Below, piece by piece: positions 1-10,161 of a stretch of DNA of 62,806 bases; position 1 is the first letter of the stretch; each line of letters begins with the position of its first letter. The DNA comes from a virus. Taxonomy: Duplodnaviria > Caudoviricetes. The notes under the pieces are model-generated. The model saw only the letters and a list, made by a program, of their open reading frames with translations. It made no database searches and was not told the origin of the DNA. The stretch is from IMG/VR virus record IMGVR_UViG_3300028840_002499, positions 1 to 62,806 of that record; one strand, given 5' to 3'. The position numbers and the translations under genes were made by a program.

Positions 1-144
1 ACATTGCTTGTCTTGTAGTTCGCAAACATGTACCAAGGCAAGTTCGGTGCAGTTCCAGCCATATAAGGGTCTTTGATGGGGATGAAGTTGACCACGTTTT
101 CAGCATTCGTAGCTAACTCTGGCACGAGTTGAGAATTGAGAATT
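1..144. repeat. Terminal direct repeat (copy 1), circular assembly overlap
   Basis: 1-144 is identical to 62663-62806, and the capsid ORF reads in frame across the join. Confidence 0.95.
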
Positions 145-899
145 GTCAACACAGTGTCATGCAGTCCACGATGGTAAACCAAGTAGATGGCCTCAACTTC
201 AATAGGTTGGTTACGAGCATCCACACGTTGACCAAAGGCCATTCGTGCCTCAGAAACACGAGCAGTTGTCAACCGTCCGTTCTGAGAATAGAGCGCACCC
301 AACCCAACCAAACGGGCAATACTCGTAGCATTGGTGTAAAAACGGGAAACGTATTTACCCAAAGTGCGTCGAGCAGCATCACCCATTAGAGTGGCTTGAT
401 CTGCGAAGTACCCAAGATCATCATTGATGAGTGCCTCGTGGGAAAAGTCGAATTCCTTTTTCCATCGCCAAACCTGATTCGTGCGTTTGGTAGCATCGTC
501 TTTCGACCCTGCACGAGGACGTGCCTTCTCGCCAACTAGCTCAAGATCATCCAAGGATGAACGATGTTGATACCGATAAACAGGAAGGTAATTCGGAACT
601 GTGTCAGGTTTTACCAAGGGTTCCCAAGCAAAGTCCATCATCTTGTACCCATCGAGGGCAAGACGCTGAACAAATTCCTGAATAGCGAAAGTGAAATCAG
701 CAGAAACCATAACCTCTTGCAGAGGTTCAGTGTTTCCCTGATGACCGATAAAGTTCAAGTTTGAATTGAACTCTTTGAACATTGCGTCAACTTCTGAAAT
801 CCGTTTGTTGTAACTTTCGGACATCGAAGGATTGGCAAGTGCCATTGTTCGCAATTGTTCTTGACGAATTCGGCTCATTTTAGAAATTATATTACGCAT
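1..899 (-). CDS. Major capsid protein, 5' part (continues at 62662..62416; about 381 aa in total)
   Basis: Not in the ORF track. ATG at 899 follows a GGAGG RBS; MRNIISKMSRIRQEQ...FDFSHEALINDDLGYF... is open to base 1 and in frame with 62416..62787. The 'E.LINDDLG' motif is typical of HK97-fold/Mu-gpT-like capsids; the gene lies downstream of protease and decoration genes. Confidence 0.8.
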   Translation of the reverse strand, partial: MRNIISKMSRIRQEQLRTMALANPSMSESYNKRISEVDAMFKEFNSNLNFIGHQGNTEPLQEVMVSADFTFAIQEFVQRLALDGYKMMDFAWEPLVKPDTVPNYLPVYRYQHRSSLDDLELVGEKARPRAGSKDDATKRTNQVWRWKKEFDFSHEALINDDLGYFADQATLMGDAARRTLGKYVSRFYTNATSIARLVGLGALYSQNGRLTTARVSEARMAFGQRVDARNQPIEVEAIYLVYHRGLHDTVLTILNSQLVPELATNAENVVNFIPIKDPYMAGTAPNLPWYMFANYKTSN

Positions 900-910
900 A
901 ATTAAGCCTC

Positions 911-1528
911 CTACGCCAGTTCACGAGTTGGAGCACATAACAAGACACAAAACTCTTGTTGCACCAACGAGTTAGCTAAAGATGTGTCAAACGTATAGGT
1001 TTCGTTGGGGCCACCTTGTCCGCTATCAGCCATCTCGTCCTGACAATACCAGAGAACACCGGCTTGCGGATTTTTTACACCCGCATCGTTCAATGGTGAC
1101 ATTGACAGGGTAACACCTTCTCCAAGATCGTCCGAATCGTCAACGTAAACGGGCTGACCAACAATAGGTGCTTGTTCAAATGTCGCTGGAACTCCAGCAG
1201 CATAAGTGAGAACATTGGCAACCCACTGATGAACCACAAACCCATCAGCGATGTTGAGAATCACACGACCTAGCGATGTGGTAAGTCCAGGAATTGCACT
1301 AACCACAACACCAACAACATTAAGCGGACGACCATCAGCAGCAGTACGTCCACCAACTGCAACCACCGGATGAACACCGGCATAGTCACCGTTTGCGTCA
1401 AAAATGGAGTCTTTTGTGCCTGATCCTGAATTATCATCTACAGGCCAAATGTCCTTTTCGTGAACGTCAACGGTGACGAAAGGCCCACTGGTATCTTCCC
1501 AGGGAGCGAGTTGAAATACATCACTCAT
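911..1528 (-). CDS. Putative capsid decoration/cement protein
   Basis: Lies between scaffold and MCP; GGAGG RBS; beta-rich 205 aa. Confidence 0.55.
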   Translation of the reverse strand: MSDVFQLAPWEDTSGPFVTVDVHEKDIWPVDDNSGSGTKDSIFDANGDYAGVHPVVAVGGRTAADGRPLNVVGVVVSAIPGLTTSLGRVILNIADGFVVHQWVANVLTYAAGVPATFEQAPIVGQPVYVDDSDDLGEGVTLSMSPLNDAGVKNPQAGVLWYCQDEMADSGQGGPNETYTFDTSLANSLVQQEFCVLLCAPTRELA

Positions 1529-1543
1529 AGAAAACCTCCTATG

Positions 1544-3043
1544 CTAACCCCGAATGATCGCATCCATGCGTTTATTGTGATCTTCAATTATCTCTTGTTC
1601 AGATAACTGTTTGACAGCGGAACCAGTTTCACCTAGTTCACGAGGTTGCCCAGACCCAATCAAAGCTGTGATGTGATCAATTTCGGCTTTAATGTCATTT
1701 TCCAATTCAGCAACAGTTGTATACTGAATCTTTGCTAAACGAGATTTAGTGAATTCGTCTAGCTTTGAACTATCCAAAACTTCCGAAACTTCTGCTTCTG
1801 TCAACAAAGTCGGCTCATCTTTGCTAACCTCTTCCACCGTTTCATCTTCTGATTCATCGGTTTCAGATGTTTCCACTTCGGTTTCATCCATCTCGGTTGA
1901 TTCCTCTTCGGTTGATTCGTCTTGTTCGTGCAGAATTACTTCTTCAAGTTCTTCTTTTTCGGTGGTTTCATCAACCTTGTCATCTTCTTGTACATCCATT
2001 TCATGTACCTCCTTTTCCATTTCGACTAGTTGCAAGGCATGACCACCTGCACCAGCGTTAGTCACGAAATCAACGTTTGTACGTGTTGACGGCAAAATAG
2101 CCTCAACAATGTTAGCATCCCTGTCATCGATCTTGCCTTTTTTAGCACGACCCATTGCAAGGATAGAACATTTCAAAGTATCGAGTTCCCCCATTTTGTC
2201 ACGGTTCCGAATATCTTCTGCAAAATCTGGGTTCCAAACCTTCACACGAGCGATTGGTGCGCCGGTTTCTGAGAACTTTATGATCTTTTCAACTTTTGCA
2301 ACTTCGGTTCTTACGCTTTTCTCTTCTTGACGGTGATCTGTAGCATACATCTTTGCACCCTCAAAGATATGTGCATCACGCCTTAGAACTTCGGCGGGGT
2401 AATAGTGATTGTCCTTCGGGTTTCCCCATCCTGGTTCAATCACAACAATGTCCATCTTGAGAGGAGCGCGATTGTCAGCGTTTGATTTATCTGATTCGCT
2501 AATGTTTATCACGGAACCAGTGTTGAATTCCATTTCCTCAAACTCTGCCATAGCATTTGCTTCTACAGCCATTTCTGTATTGAAAGCGTCAAAGAAGTCA
2601 TCAACAAGTGCTCTCCAGGCAGAAGTTTTCTCACTCATTGGAACATCACTGTCACGCCAGATACGCCAGAAAAGAGTATAGAAAACGGAAGTGTGACCTT
2701 CAAGCCTCTCCATCATTTGAGTTGCTTCACGAGCAGCAGCGACATCAGCAAACGAAGTAGCACCCCAAGGAACATTCGCTTTGTCCATCATATCGTATGC
2801 AGGATATGACTCCTCAGCGGTTGTACCAACTGTAGTTTCTACTTCTGGAAGTGGCTCAGTGTGATCAGTCTGAATAAAATTTTCCATAATTCCCTCGGTT
2901 ACACTTGCGTTTAACGCTGCAAGTTGCTTATTCGCAGCACCAACAGTTGGATGACACCCCAAAGTTGGCCCAGTTTTTTCACCATCAGAGTTTTCTTTGT
3001 AAACACAGTGTTTGTTACCTTGTTTGACTATTAGATACGGCAT
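1544..3043 (-). CDS. Prohead protease/scaffold fusion
   Basis: Central 'IEPGWG..NHYYP.EVL...MYATDH...VDFVTNAGAGG' phage protease-like motifs; acidic C-terminal scaffold. Confidence 0.75.
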   Translation of the reverse strand: MPYLIVKQGNKHCVYKENSDGEKTGPTLGCHPTVGAANKQLAALNASVTEGIMENFIQTDHTEPLPEVETTVGTTAEESYPAYDMMDKANVPWGATSFADVAAAREATQMMERLEGHTSVFYTLFWRIWRDSDVPMSEKTSAWRALVDDFFDAFNTEMAVEANAMAEFEEMEFNTGSVINISESDKSNADNRAPLKMDIVVIEPGWGNPKDNHYYPAEVLRRDAHIFEGAKMYATDHRQEEKSVRTEVAKVEKIIKFSETGAPIARVKVWNPDFAEDIRNRDKMGELDTLKCSILAMGRAKKGKIDDRDANIVEAILPSTRTNVDFVTNAGAGGHALQLVEMEKEVHEMDVQEDDKVDETTEKEELEEVILHEQDESTEEESTEMDETEVETSETDESEDETVEEVSKDEPTLLTEAEVSEVLDSSKLDEFTKSRLAKIQYTTVAELENDIKAEIDHITALIGSGQPRELGETGSAVKQLSEQEIIEDHNKRMDAIIRG

Positions 3044-3047
3044 AGTG

Positions 3048-4385
3048 CTACCTCAAATTCGTTCCCACATCGAACCAAACTTTTATAGTTACATTTCTCC
3101 AGTAAGTTTGAGCATTCGGTCCAAAGTGTACATCCAGCCAGAATCCATCTGTTGAACCATCAAGAGTTTTCCCAACATTTCCTTTACGCAAGCGATAAGC
3201 CAAGTTAGCAGCAGTTTCACCAACAGGAAGTTCAAGTGACACTTCTCTACTAATGTCGCAAAGTTGATTTGATCCAACTTCCACAACATATAAGTAACCG
3301 TAAAACCATGCTGAATTGTTTGTGGCTAACATGGTTGCATCAAGTGTAGTAAGTTCTAATCTGTCCGAATCGTTCACCTGTTCAAAAGCAATATTCCACA
3401 CATCTACATCAGTAAAGTTTGTATCCGCTGTAGTGATTGCAACTGCACCTTTGAACCATTTGGTAGAAATCAAACCGTTTACAAATGCGTGTCTGACATT
3501 TCCCTCTGCATCGTTAGACGAGTTGTCAGTTGTCAAAGTGGAAACAGTCAGCACATCTGTATCGCCTGGAGTTTCTACTCCTGTGTTTCGATTTACAGAT
3601 GTTCCAGTAATTGTGATTGACCCAGTAAAATCCGCACCGGCATTGAAAACGAAAAACAGTTTTCCAAGTCCATTTGTTACGTTGATAGGTGCACCATTGT
3701 TAAGAGCAGAACCGTTTACAATTTGCTCAAAAATACCATGAATTGCCTCGTCAAGGTTTCTGGTATTCTGTTCAATGAAGTTTGTAAACACTACAGGAGT
3801 GTCAACCTCCAGCGCACCTGTATGAGTGATAATTACTGTTCCATCAGTTGCACTGTCCAAACCAACTACACCAATCTTCACAACAAAGTCAGGAATGGAT
3901 GGTTCTACGTTTGTCATCCCACCAGCAACGGAAGGATCAAGATAAATGTCATCGCCAGCCGACCAAGCTAAAGTGTTCAACCCACGAACAACACCCTCAG
4001 TTGTAATAAGTCCCTCTGTGCCATCAAGAATGTCAGACGTTGCAACTCCAGCAACTAATGAAGTTGCAAAAGTATCGGCCTGTGCAAGTTCAATAGTAGG
4101 ATGACCAGTAACAGCCTCAGCACCAGAAATATAGACAACATCACCGTCATCGATGTCTGCCCCAGAATCGTTGTAAACTCGCAAGTATGACTCTTGTCCA
4201 ACCTGCAAAACAACATCAGTGATGTCTGCCATAACAGACAAAGTTCCATTGTCTGCATCCCAATAAACAAGTCCAGGACTATGAGCCCCAGGCCCAGCAT
4301 ATCCAGTGTCAAACTGTGCGCTCTCAATTGGTGACGGCAACTCAGCAGTAACAACTTGATTAGTTAGTCCACGAATACCAAACAT
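3048..4385 (-). CDS. Putative virion structural protein
   Basis: 445 aa, Gly/Thr/Asp/Val-rich, in the head module. Confidence 0.5.
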   Translation of the reverse strand: MFGIRGLTNQVVTAELPSPIESAQFDTGYAGPGAHSPGLVYWDADNGTLSVMADITDVVLQVGQESYLRVYNDSGADIDDGDVVYISGAEAVTGHPTIELAQADTFATSLVAGVATSDILDGTEGLITTEGVVRGLNTLAWSAGDDIYLDPSVAGGMTNVEPSIPDFVVKIGVVGLDSATDGTVIITHTGALEVDTPVVFTNFIEQNTRNLDEAIHGIFEQIVNGSALNNGAPINVTNGLGKLFFVFNAGADFTGSITITGTSVNRNTGVETPGDTDVLTVSTLTTDNSSNDAEGNVRHAFVNGLISTKWFKGAVAITTADTNFTDVDVWNIAFEQVNDSDRLELTTLDATMLATNNSAWFYGYLYVVEVGSNQLCDISREVSLELPVGETAANLAYRLRKGNVGKTLDGSTDGFWLDVHFGPNAQTYWRNVTIKVWFDVGTNLR

Positions 4386-4387
4386 GT

Positions 4388-4867
4388 TTACTCCGAGTTC
4401 GCAACACCTATAATCTGAAACGTTCCAGGATTAGCAACGTCACCAGACTCACGAGCAAAAATCCGTATTCTCTCAACAGTCTGTTTCAGTTGCAACGGCC
4501 CATAACCAAAAGTTTCAACAGTTGCCCCAACAGAATCGTATGAAACTATTTCTCTCTGAACATTGCTAGTGATGTCCGTTCCGGCAGCCATAACGCCAGC
4601 AGCGTATAGCGACATTCTAAACCAGTTTTCAACACCAACTAAGTCTGCAGAGTATGGCGAGTATTCGATATAAAAATCTACAACACCGTTTCCAGCAACG
4701 GCAGCATCTTCATCGTATGCGAGATAAAGTGAAAGTTGGTCAAAGGCAATAACGGGGATTTCTTCTGGAGTGCCATCCCAAGCACCAGCAGCAGGGAGAA
4801 TGGCATCAGCACGAAAAGTTATTGGATTGGCTTGACCAGTAGGGTGAGGGTGAGAGAGTGGAAACAT
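4388..4867 (-). CDS. Hypothetical (probable virion) protein
   Basis: ORF with GGAG RBS, first gene after a minus-strand promoter. Confidence 0.55.
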   Translation of the reverse strand: MFPLSHPHPTGQANPITFRADAILPAAGAWDGTPEEIPVIAFDQLSLYLAYDEDAAVAGNGVVDFYIEYSPYSADLVGVENWFRMSLYAAGVMAAGTDITSNVQREIVSYDSVGATVETFGYGPLQLKQTVERIRIFARESGDVANPGTFQIIGVANSE

Positions 4868-4877
4868 AATTTCTCCA

Positions 4878-4915
4878 AAAGAAAAAGACCGTGAAGTATA
4901 GAATCCTCACGGCCT
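4878..4915 (-). terminator. Hairpin plus U-tract in the leader of the head operon (attenuator-like)
   Basis: Minus strand AGGCCGTGAGG-loop-CTTCACGGTCTTTTTCTTT. Confidence 0.5.
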
Positions 4916-4947
4916 CCCAATGCGTTTTGGTATGCCTAGTTGTCAAC

Positions 4948-4989
4948 AGTGTAGCACAGCTTGATTTTTCTTGTCAAGTGCGATAGAAT
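4948..4989. promoter_or_regulatory. Overlapping divergent sigma70-like promoters
   Basis: Minus: TTGACA-18-(TGC)TACACT; plus: TTGATT-17-TAGAAT. Confidence 0.55.
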
Positions 4990-4995
4990 AGTTCA

Positions 4996-5062
4996 TATGG
5001 AAACCTTCGGTTTCCATCCCCCCCAAAAAGACCCCAGACGCACCCCCCGTTTGGGGTTTTTC
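4996..5062 (+). ncRNA. Candidate small RNA and/or terminator hairpins
   Basis: ATGGAAAC-CTTCGG-TTTCCAT hairpin (cUUCGg loop), then AAAAGACCCCAGACG/CGTTTGGGGTTTTT hairpin, just after the plus-strand promoter. Confidence 0.35.
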
Positions 5063-6113
5063 ATGGGAAAGCATCGCATTCGATCATTTCGTTATAGTAG
5101 CAACAGACTGGCTTGCAGCGACTTCTCCGCATCATTCCGGAGTATCGCCATCCGGAGTCTTCCAAAGTGAACCAGTTAAAACCCGACAATCTGGCATCTC
5201 GCTCAACAATTTTATACAGGTCTACTTGCATTTGTTCTACTTCTGGGGAGTTCTCATAACAGAAACTGTCCTCATTTGTTGAGGTAATTACAGACACTTC
5301 GGATAGCCACAACGGTTTACCGCCCGTTCTAACAGTCAATTGCTCAATACGTCTATCAAACCCACCATAGTTGAAATCTGAACACGACATATAGCCATGA
5401 AAAGCGACTCCATCGTAAATATCAACAGTATCTAAGAAACCTTGAAAGAAGTCCCAATCAGGGGTAGAAATTTCACCAGCCAAAATTTGAACATCTGGAA
5501 ATCTCGGCTTAACTTGAGAATACACGTAATTGTAAAATTCGGCATACTCCACACCATTTTCGTGATTCCACCCCAAGCAACCATAATAGTAAGCACTTCC
5601 TGTGTTTGGACTGTCTGGTTCTGTCCAAACAGAAATGTAATTCAAATCGTATCGTTCAATCCCTTCGATAACAAAGGAAACCCATAGTTCCCAAAACTCA
5701 GGTAACGGCAACTTACAAGTAGGCTGACCTCCATTCATCCAATAGGGTGAACCATGAAACCCTCCGTACCTTAGATCATCGTTTTGAAATACACCATCAG
5801 CTTTTGTCCAATCTGGGAGGGTGAGTGGTTCTGGAATAATGTCAACCATATGTGTTGTGTATTTCAGAATGTCACCATTGTAATATTGACCCCAAATATC
5901 AAATCTAGGGCTATAAACTTCTACTCCCTTAATTGGTAGTTTTGGCTTAAACAGTATTGGTATGAAAACTTGCCTATCCACACCAAAAAAAGAAACGTTT
6001 TCCTTGTTTATGGTAATTGTACTTATCGAAAGCATTATTACATAAATTGTCAGCAACACACCAAGCGAAACAATATGCACAACCCTTTTCTTGTTCTTAT
6101 CCATCTTTGCCAC
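5061..6113 (-). CDS. Membrane-anchored glycoside hydrolase-like protein (clan GH-A TIM barrel)
   Basis: N-terminal TM helix; 'ISVWTEPD' acid/base-like, 'AFHGY' and 'KPLWLSE' nucleophile-like motifs. Confidence 0.6.
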   Translation of the reverse strand: MAKMDKNKKRVVHIVSLGVLLTIYVIMLSISTITINKENVSFFGVDRQVFIPILFKPKLPIKGVEVYSPRFDIWGQYYNGDILKYTTHMVDIIPEPLTLPDWTKADGVFQNDDLRYGGFHGSPYWMNGGQPTCKLPLPEFWELWVSFVIEGIERYDLNYISVWTEPDSPNTGSAYYYGCLGWNHENGVEYAEFYNYVYSQVKPRFPDVQILAGEISTPDWDFFQGFLDTVDIYDGVAFHGYMSCSDFNYGGFDRRIEQLTVRTGGKPLWLSEVSVITSTNEDSFCYENSPEVEQMQVDLYKIVERDARLSGFNWFTLEDSGWRYSGMMRRSRCKPVCCYYNEMIECDAFP

Positions 6114-6345
6114 TCCCTATTCTCATTTCGGTTTTAGCCCACCTTCGAATCTCTGCAGTAGTTGGGGAAATACCAAGTGCCCTCTCAATAGCATCGATTT
6201 TAGCAAGTTCAGCATTCCTGATCGACAAGAGCAAATTAGTTTTGCTGTCTGAATCTGATCCAGCTAAACAGGCAATGGTTTCTATATATGAGAGAGTGAG
6301 ATTTCCAGCGAATTGGAATATAAGTTTCTCGGTATCGTTGCTCAT
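6097..6345 (-). CDS. Hypothetical protein
   Basis: Overlaps neighbouring genes in the operon. Confidence 0.5.
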   Translation of the reverse strand: MSNDTEKLIFQFAGNLTLSYIETIACLAGSDSDSKTNLLLSIRNAELAKIDAIERALGISPTTAEIRRWAKTEMRIGSGKDG

Positions 6346-6923
6346 GGCACGTTTGGCATTCTCCCTCTCGACATTGGTTCATCTGTTGGGTCAAGAGTAC
6401 ACCCACATTTCCACCCACCGCAAGCTAAGTTCGGGTTTGGTGGTTGTTGGGGCATTACATATGAATCCCAATAGCTAGCCCGTTTCACCTTTCCAGCCAA
6501 TTTTTGACAAGTCTCGCAGTTATCCTTAGTTCTGCCTAAATTCCACATCAACTTAGGGTCTTTTTCTGCTGCAACTTTGGCTTGATTTTTTGTATCAAGG
6601 TATCGATTAATCCAGACTTCTAAACGGACGTAAATTTTTGACAGACTTCCTTTGACTCCCTTTGGGTTTTCCAGGATGAATCCGGCAAGCCTACCAACAT
6701 AGGAGTATTCACGAAATATGATAGTTGCTAGTGCAATCTGTTCTGCGTTTGAGATTTCATCGGGTGCAATCCCAACCTGTCTAGCACCATCAGACCATGC
6801 CTTTGTTAGACCTCGGTCAATAGTGCTATACATAAGATCAAAAAATTGATCCTGTGACCATACTCCAGACCAGAAACCACGAGCAATTGCACGAAGTTCT
6901 CGGCGGTATAGTGTTGTGCTCAT
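6342..6923 (-). CDS. Head morphogenesis protein-like (gp7/gpF-type)
   Basis: Downstream of portal; C-terminal 'C..C....G....W....P.....C...CGC.L.P' motif. Confidence 0.6.
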   Translation of the reverse strand: MSTTLYRRELRAIARGFWSGVWSQDQFFDLMYSTIDRGLTKAWSDGARQVGIAPDEISNAEQIALATIIFREYSYVGRLAGFILENPKGVKGSLSKIYVRLEVWINRYLDTKNQAKVAAEKDPKLMWNLGRTKDNCETCQKLAGKVKRASYWDSYVMPQQPPNPNLACGGWKCGCTLDPTDEPMSRGRMPNVP

Positions 6924-7138
6924 TCTAATGCAGTCCCTTTGATCTTGTTTGATTCAACAGTATAGCCATGATTAGCCAAGAACCCCAACAAAGAGTGAAA
7001 ACAGAAATAGCACAAGTCTATGCACACATGCTCTCCTTCGTCCGTCTTATAAATCCACCGGAAATAAGATTGACCAGAATTATGAGCAGCCATATGTTCA
7101 CAAATAATTGGCTTTACGGATTCCGTTTTGTTAGTCAT
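6920..7138 (-). CDS. Small Cys/His-rich hypothetical protein
   Basis: Coupled ORF; CxxC motif. Confidence 0.5.
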   Translation of the reverse strand: MTNKTESVKPIICEHMAAHNSGQSYFRWIYKTDEGEHVCIDLCYFCFHSLLGFLANHGYTVESNKIKGTALE

Positions 7139-7331
7139 CTAGCCAGCCTCCATGAATCGGGCATTCTCGATCAACAGTTGGAATAGCCAAAAAATCGAAA
7201 TCGCAAGTGCAACCACGTTTCTTCATTTCTCGTATTTGCGACTCAGTGACATCCCTAATGAAATAGTACATCACTCCAATAAGAGATCCAAGCACCAAGA
7301 CACCAATTAAAAACTGTTCAAGGTAGCTCAT
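7131..7331 (-). CDS. Small membrane protein with CTC..CPIHG motif
   Basis: N-terminal TM; coupled to the portal stop. Confidence 0.55.
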   Translation of the reverse strand: MSYLEQFLIGVLVLGSLIGVMYYFIRDVTESQIREMKKRGCTCDFDFLAIPTVDRECPIHGGWLDD

Positions 7332-9097
7332 TAGATTGTTCCAAGTTCTTCTGCAAATTGACCAGTCAACATGAGTTCTACAACTTCCTCAACGTTACCA
7401 TCTTTGAATTTCTCTTTTGCATCTCTCAGTAGCAACTGTTGATTTTTGGTCAAGTTGGCTAAGTCACTTTCCTGAATTTCAAAAGCATCTTTACTAGCAA
7501 TCTCACTACTTGTCTGCAGTCCAAGTGCTTGCAGCATGATCAACCAGAGTTCACGAAGGATCAGTTTACCTGTTTTCTCTGGGATAATTCCACTCTCCAA
7601 GTAAGGTTCCAGCATATCCCGAGTGGCCTGTGAAAGAGACTTGACAACATCAGGAAAGTCCACCAGTGAGAGAGTATCGATACTCACATTTGCACCATAG
7701 TCGGCCTGGTCACCTTCGGTCACGAAACTCTCGCCACCGTACTCTTCGGCAAACTGCAAAACGATAGTTACAATACGTTGAAACTGTGCAGTCCAGAAAG
7801 TCTGATACCTTGACCACTGCATAGCCAGTGTTTTATCCATCGCAAGAGCAGTTGCCCATCTCTGAGTGTCCATCCCTGCAGTTTGTGGAAACAGACCACC
7901 ACCAAGTAATGCTATCCATGAAAACATCTCACCATCTGTTTTAGCATCACTAGCACCGGTTGTCATTGGTTTCTCAGTGGTAGTGATTGCAGTGTTATCA
8001 AGTTCAACACTTCCAGCAGGAGCAGCAGGGTTTCTCTCCGAATATCCACCACTGGCAAGAGTTGACGCAAGTGTACTTTTCACATCAGCAATAGCACGAC
8101 TACCCCCCACTATTTTCTTGTTCCTTGTGTACATTGCTTTACTAGCTGCAACTGTCAAACGATCTTCGAGGAATCTCTTGTGAGATTTTATGTACGGGCT
8201 TGCGGATGTCAGAATAGGCCACCCCCACAATGATTTCCTTTCCTTGCGGTTATGCGCAATGTGCATCACTACAACATCAGTGCCTAGTTCTTCTTTGAGA
8301 TCGTTTATGAGTTCTGTATCCCCAACTTCGACATCAGCCCTCTCAGCATCTTCTGGCAGGATGTCACCAACAGCATCCAATCGACCTGATAATTTAGCTT
8401 TGTAATCTGGATAGTAGATTGTTCGAGTAGAGTCACCACTCTTGAACACCCTTTTGTAGAACAACTTTTCAGTACTTCGCATGGGGTTTGTGATAATCTC
8501 GACAATTTCATCACATGGTATTTCATCAACAGTCACCATCCCATCAGCTTTTGATGCAAAGAATACCAAAAAAGTGTTTCCATCTTGCAGGGTAAATTGA
8601 CTAAGATACTGCAAGTTGTCATCAGCGAGAACATCGGAGTTTCGTTCTGCATTCCAGAACTCATCAAACACAACTTTTGCATCATCGTTATTCGGAGTGA
8701 TCCTAACGCTATCACCCATACCATAATTAGTCCACACAGCCAGTATCCAAGTTGCTAATGGAGAGTAAGTAGCGAGGTATCTTGAATCCCGAATAGCCCT
8801 ATCCCGAACCTGATCATAGTCAGTGTACAAGTTCATTCCCAACCCACCAATAGCATCCCATTGGCGTAGGTTGATAAGTTCATCTACAAACTGACTGTCA
8901 TACTCTCCAAGTCTAGCAACAAGTTCTTCTGGCTGTATTGGCATTGCCCCCTCGTACATAGCATCTTCAACTAAAAACTGAACTGCTCCCTGTATTCTCG
9001 CAAGTTCAGCTTGAAAATTCTCTTCGAGTTCTTTGCGTTCAGATTGAAACTCTTCTCTTAGCGCAGTCTTTCCTGTTAGATTATCGAAAATCGACAT
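7331..9097 (-). CDS. Portal protein
   Basis: 588 aa between terL and head morphogenesis; 'DGNTF', 'EIVEIITNP', 'WGWP' portal-like motifs. Confidence 0.8.
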   Translation of the reverse strand: MSIFDNLTGKTALREEFQSERKELEENFQAELARIQGAVQFLVEDAMYEGAMPIQPEELVARLGEYDSQFVDELINLRQWDAIGGLGMNLYTDYDQVRDRAIRDSRYLATYSPLATWILAVWTNYGMGDSVRITPNNDDAKVVFDEFWNAERNSDVLADDNLQYLSQFTLQDGNTFLVFFASKADGMVTVDEIPCDEIVEIITNPMRSTEKLFYKRVFKSGDSTRTIYYPDYKAKLSGRLDAVGDILPEDAERADVEVGDTELINDLKEELGTDVVVMHIAHNRKERKSLWGWPILTSASPYIKSHKRFLEDRLTVAASKAMYTRNKKIVGGSRAIADVKSTLASTLASGGYSERNPAAPAGSVELDNTAITTTEKPMTTGASDAKTDGEMFSWIALLGGGLFPQTAGMDTQRWATALAMDKTLAMQWSRYQTFWTAQFQRIVTIVLQFAEEYGGESFVTEGDQADYGANVSIDTLSLVDFPDVVKSLSQATRDMLEPYLESGIIPEKTGKLILRELWLIMLQALGLQTSSEIASKDAFEIQESDLANLTKNQQLLLRDAKEKFKDGNVEEVVELMLTGQFAEELGTI

Positions 9098-9135
9098 ACG
9101 TCACTTCTCCTTGCTCCCAATGCAAGTTTGATTAA

Positions 9136-9393
9136 TCACTCTTCTTTTTCATCGCCTTTACTCTCGTACACATCCAGTGATTGAAAGTGCATCACAAACA
9201 CGAGCCCAAAATAATCGGCAATCTTCATCAGATCATCCACCGTAATGAAATTGTAGTTATTCTGCATCACTGCAGTGTACAAACTATCACCCAACAACTC
9301 CATAAAATCATCGTCCGTAGCACCAAACTTTTGCTTGAGTGCTTTTATCGATGCTGCAATTCCAACTTTATCATCTAGTTCTAGGTCTGACAT
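9136..9393 (-). CDS. Hypothetical protein, possible XRE-like HTH
   Basis: 'TVDDLMKIADYFG' resembles an XRE C-terminal helix. Confidence 0.45.
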   Translation of the reverse strand: MSDLELDDKVGIAASIKALKQKFGATDDDFMELLGDSLYTAVMQNNYNFITVDDLMKIADYFGLVFVMHFQSLDVYESKGDEKEE

Positions 9394-9734
9394 AGTTCAT
9401 CCGTCCTAACCCTCACTGGAACACCAGGAGCAAACACAGAATCAGGTTCAACCCTGATACCATCTGTAAGTGTATTTCTGTGAGGAGAACACATGGCCCA
9501 CGAGCCATAATACTCACGCATAAAGTCACCATCCGATAACGCCATTCGCTCTGTAGCAAGAGAAAGTAAACTCTCTCTAACAGCAACACCCCCCACCCCC
9601 ATAGCATGTGCTGCTAAATTTGCAAGAGTTGACTGAACACGATTCCCCAGCTTCTCTCTCACTTCATCCGAAACTTCAACAGGTACAATCATGCACCTGC
9701 ATCTCAATTCAACACTGTAACCCTTCTCACTCAT
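9381..9734 (-). CDS. Hypothetical protein
   Basis: ORF in the operon; start taken at MSEKG. Confidence 0.45.
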   Translation of the reverse strand: MSEKGYSVELRCRCMIVPVEVSDEVREKLGNRVQSTLANLAAHAMGVGGVAVRESLLSLATERMALSDGDFMREYYGSWAMCSPHRNTLTDGIRVEPDSVFAPGVPVRVRTDELCQT

Positions 9735-10006
9735 TCTATCGGCCCTCCACAATAGCTACACGCAGTTTTCCTTGCTCCCCACTGATTGCACCACTGGCAC
9801 GTAACCAACACATCACCACAAAAAAGATCAGCCACGTTTTCGCTGTCGAATACTTTTCTGTCAACGCTGGATGGAACTTGCAACTCAAGTTCAACAGTTG
9901 AAAACTCATTCCTAGGTTCCTCTAGGCGATTGTCCGCTCCAACAAGGACACTTGCCCCTGCATCCACCATCTCGGTCACACTTGTTACAATTACCCTGTT
10001 ATCCAT
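9731..10006 (-). CDS. Zinc-ribbon hypothetical protein
   Basis: C-terminal CQWC..CSYCGGP. Confidence 0.5.
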   Translation of the reverse strand: MDNRVIVTSVTEMVDAGASVLVGADNRLEEPRNEFSTVELELQVPSSVDRKVFDSENVADLFCGDVLVTCQWCNQWGARKTACSYCGGPIE

Positions 10007-10161
10007 TCTCAAATACCTCCGATTTCACTACACGCAACACCGTACAACTCCAACACAGCCTAAAACACTTTTGATTTTTTCTGGCTGCAGTGTTAATGGG
10101 GACTTTTCTATATATAGCACATCGTTTCCTTTTGAAAAAGTTAGTGGGACTGGCATTGTGC

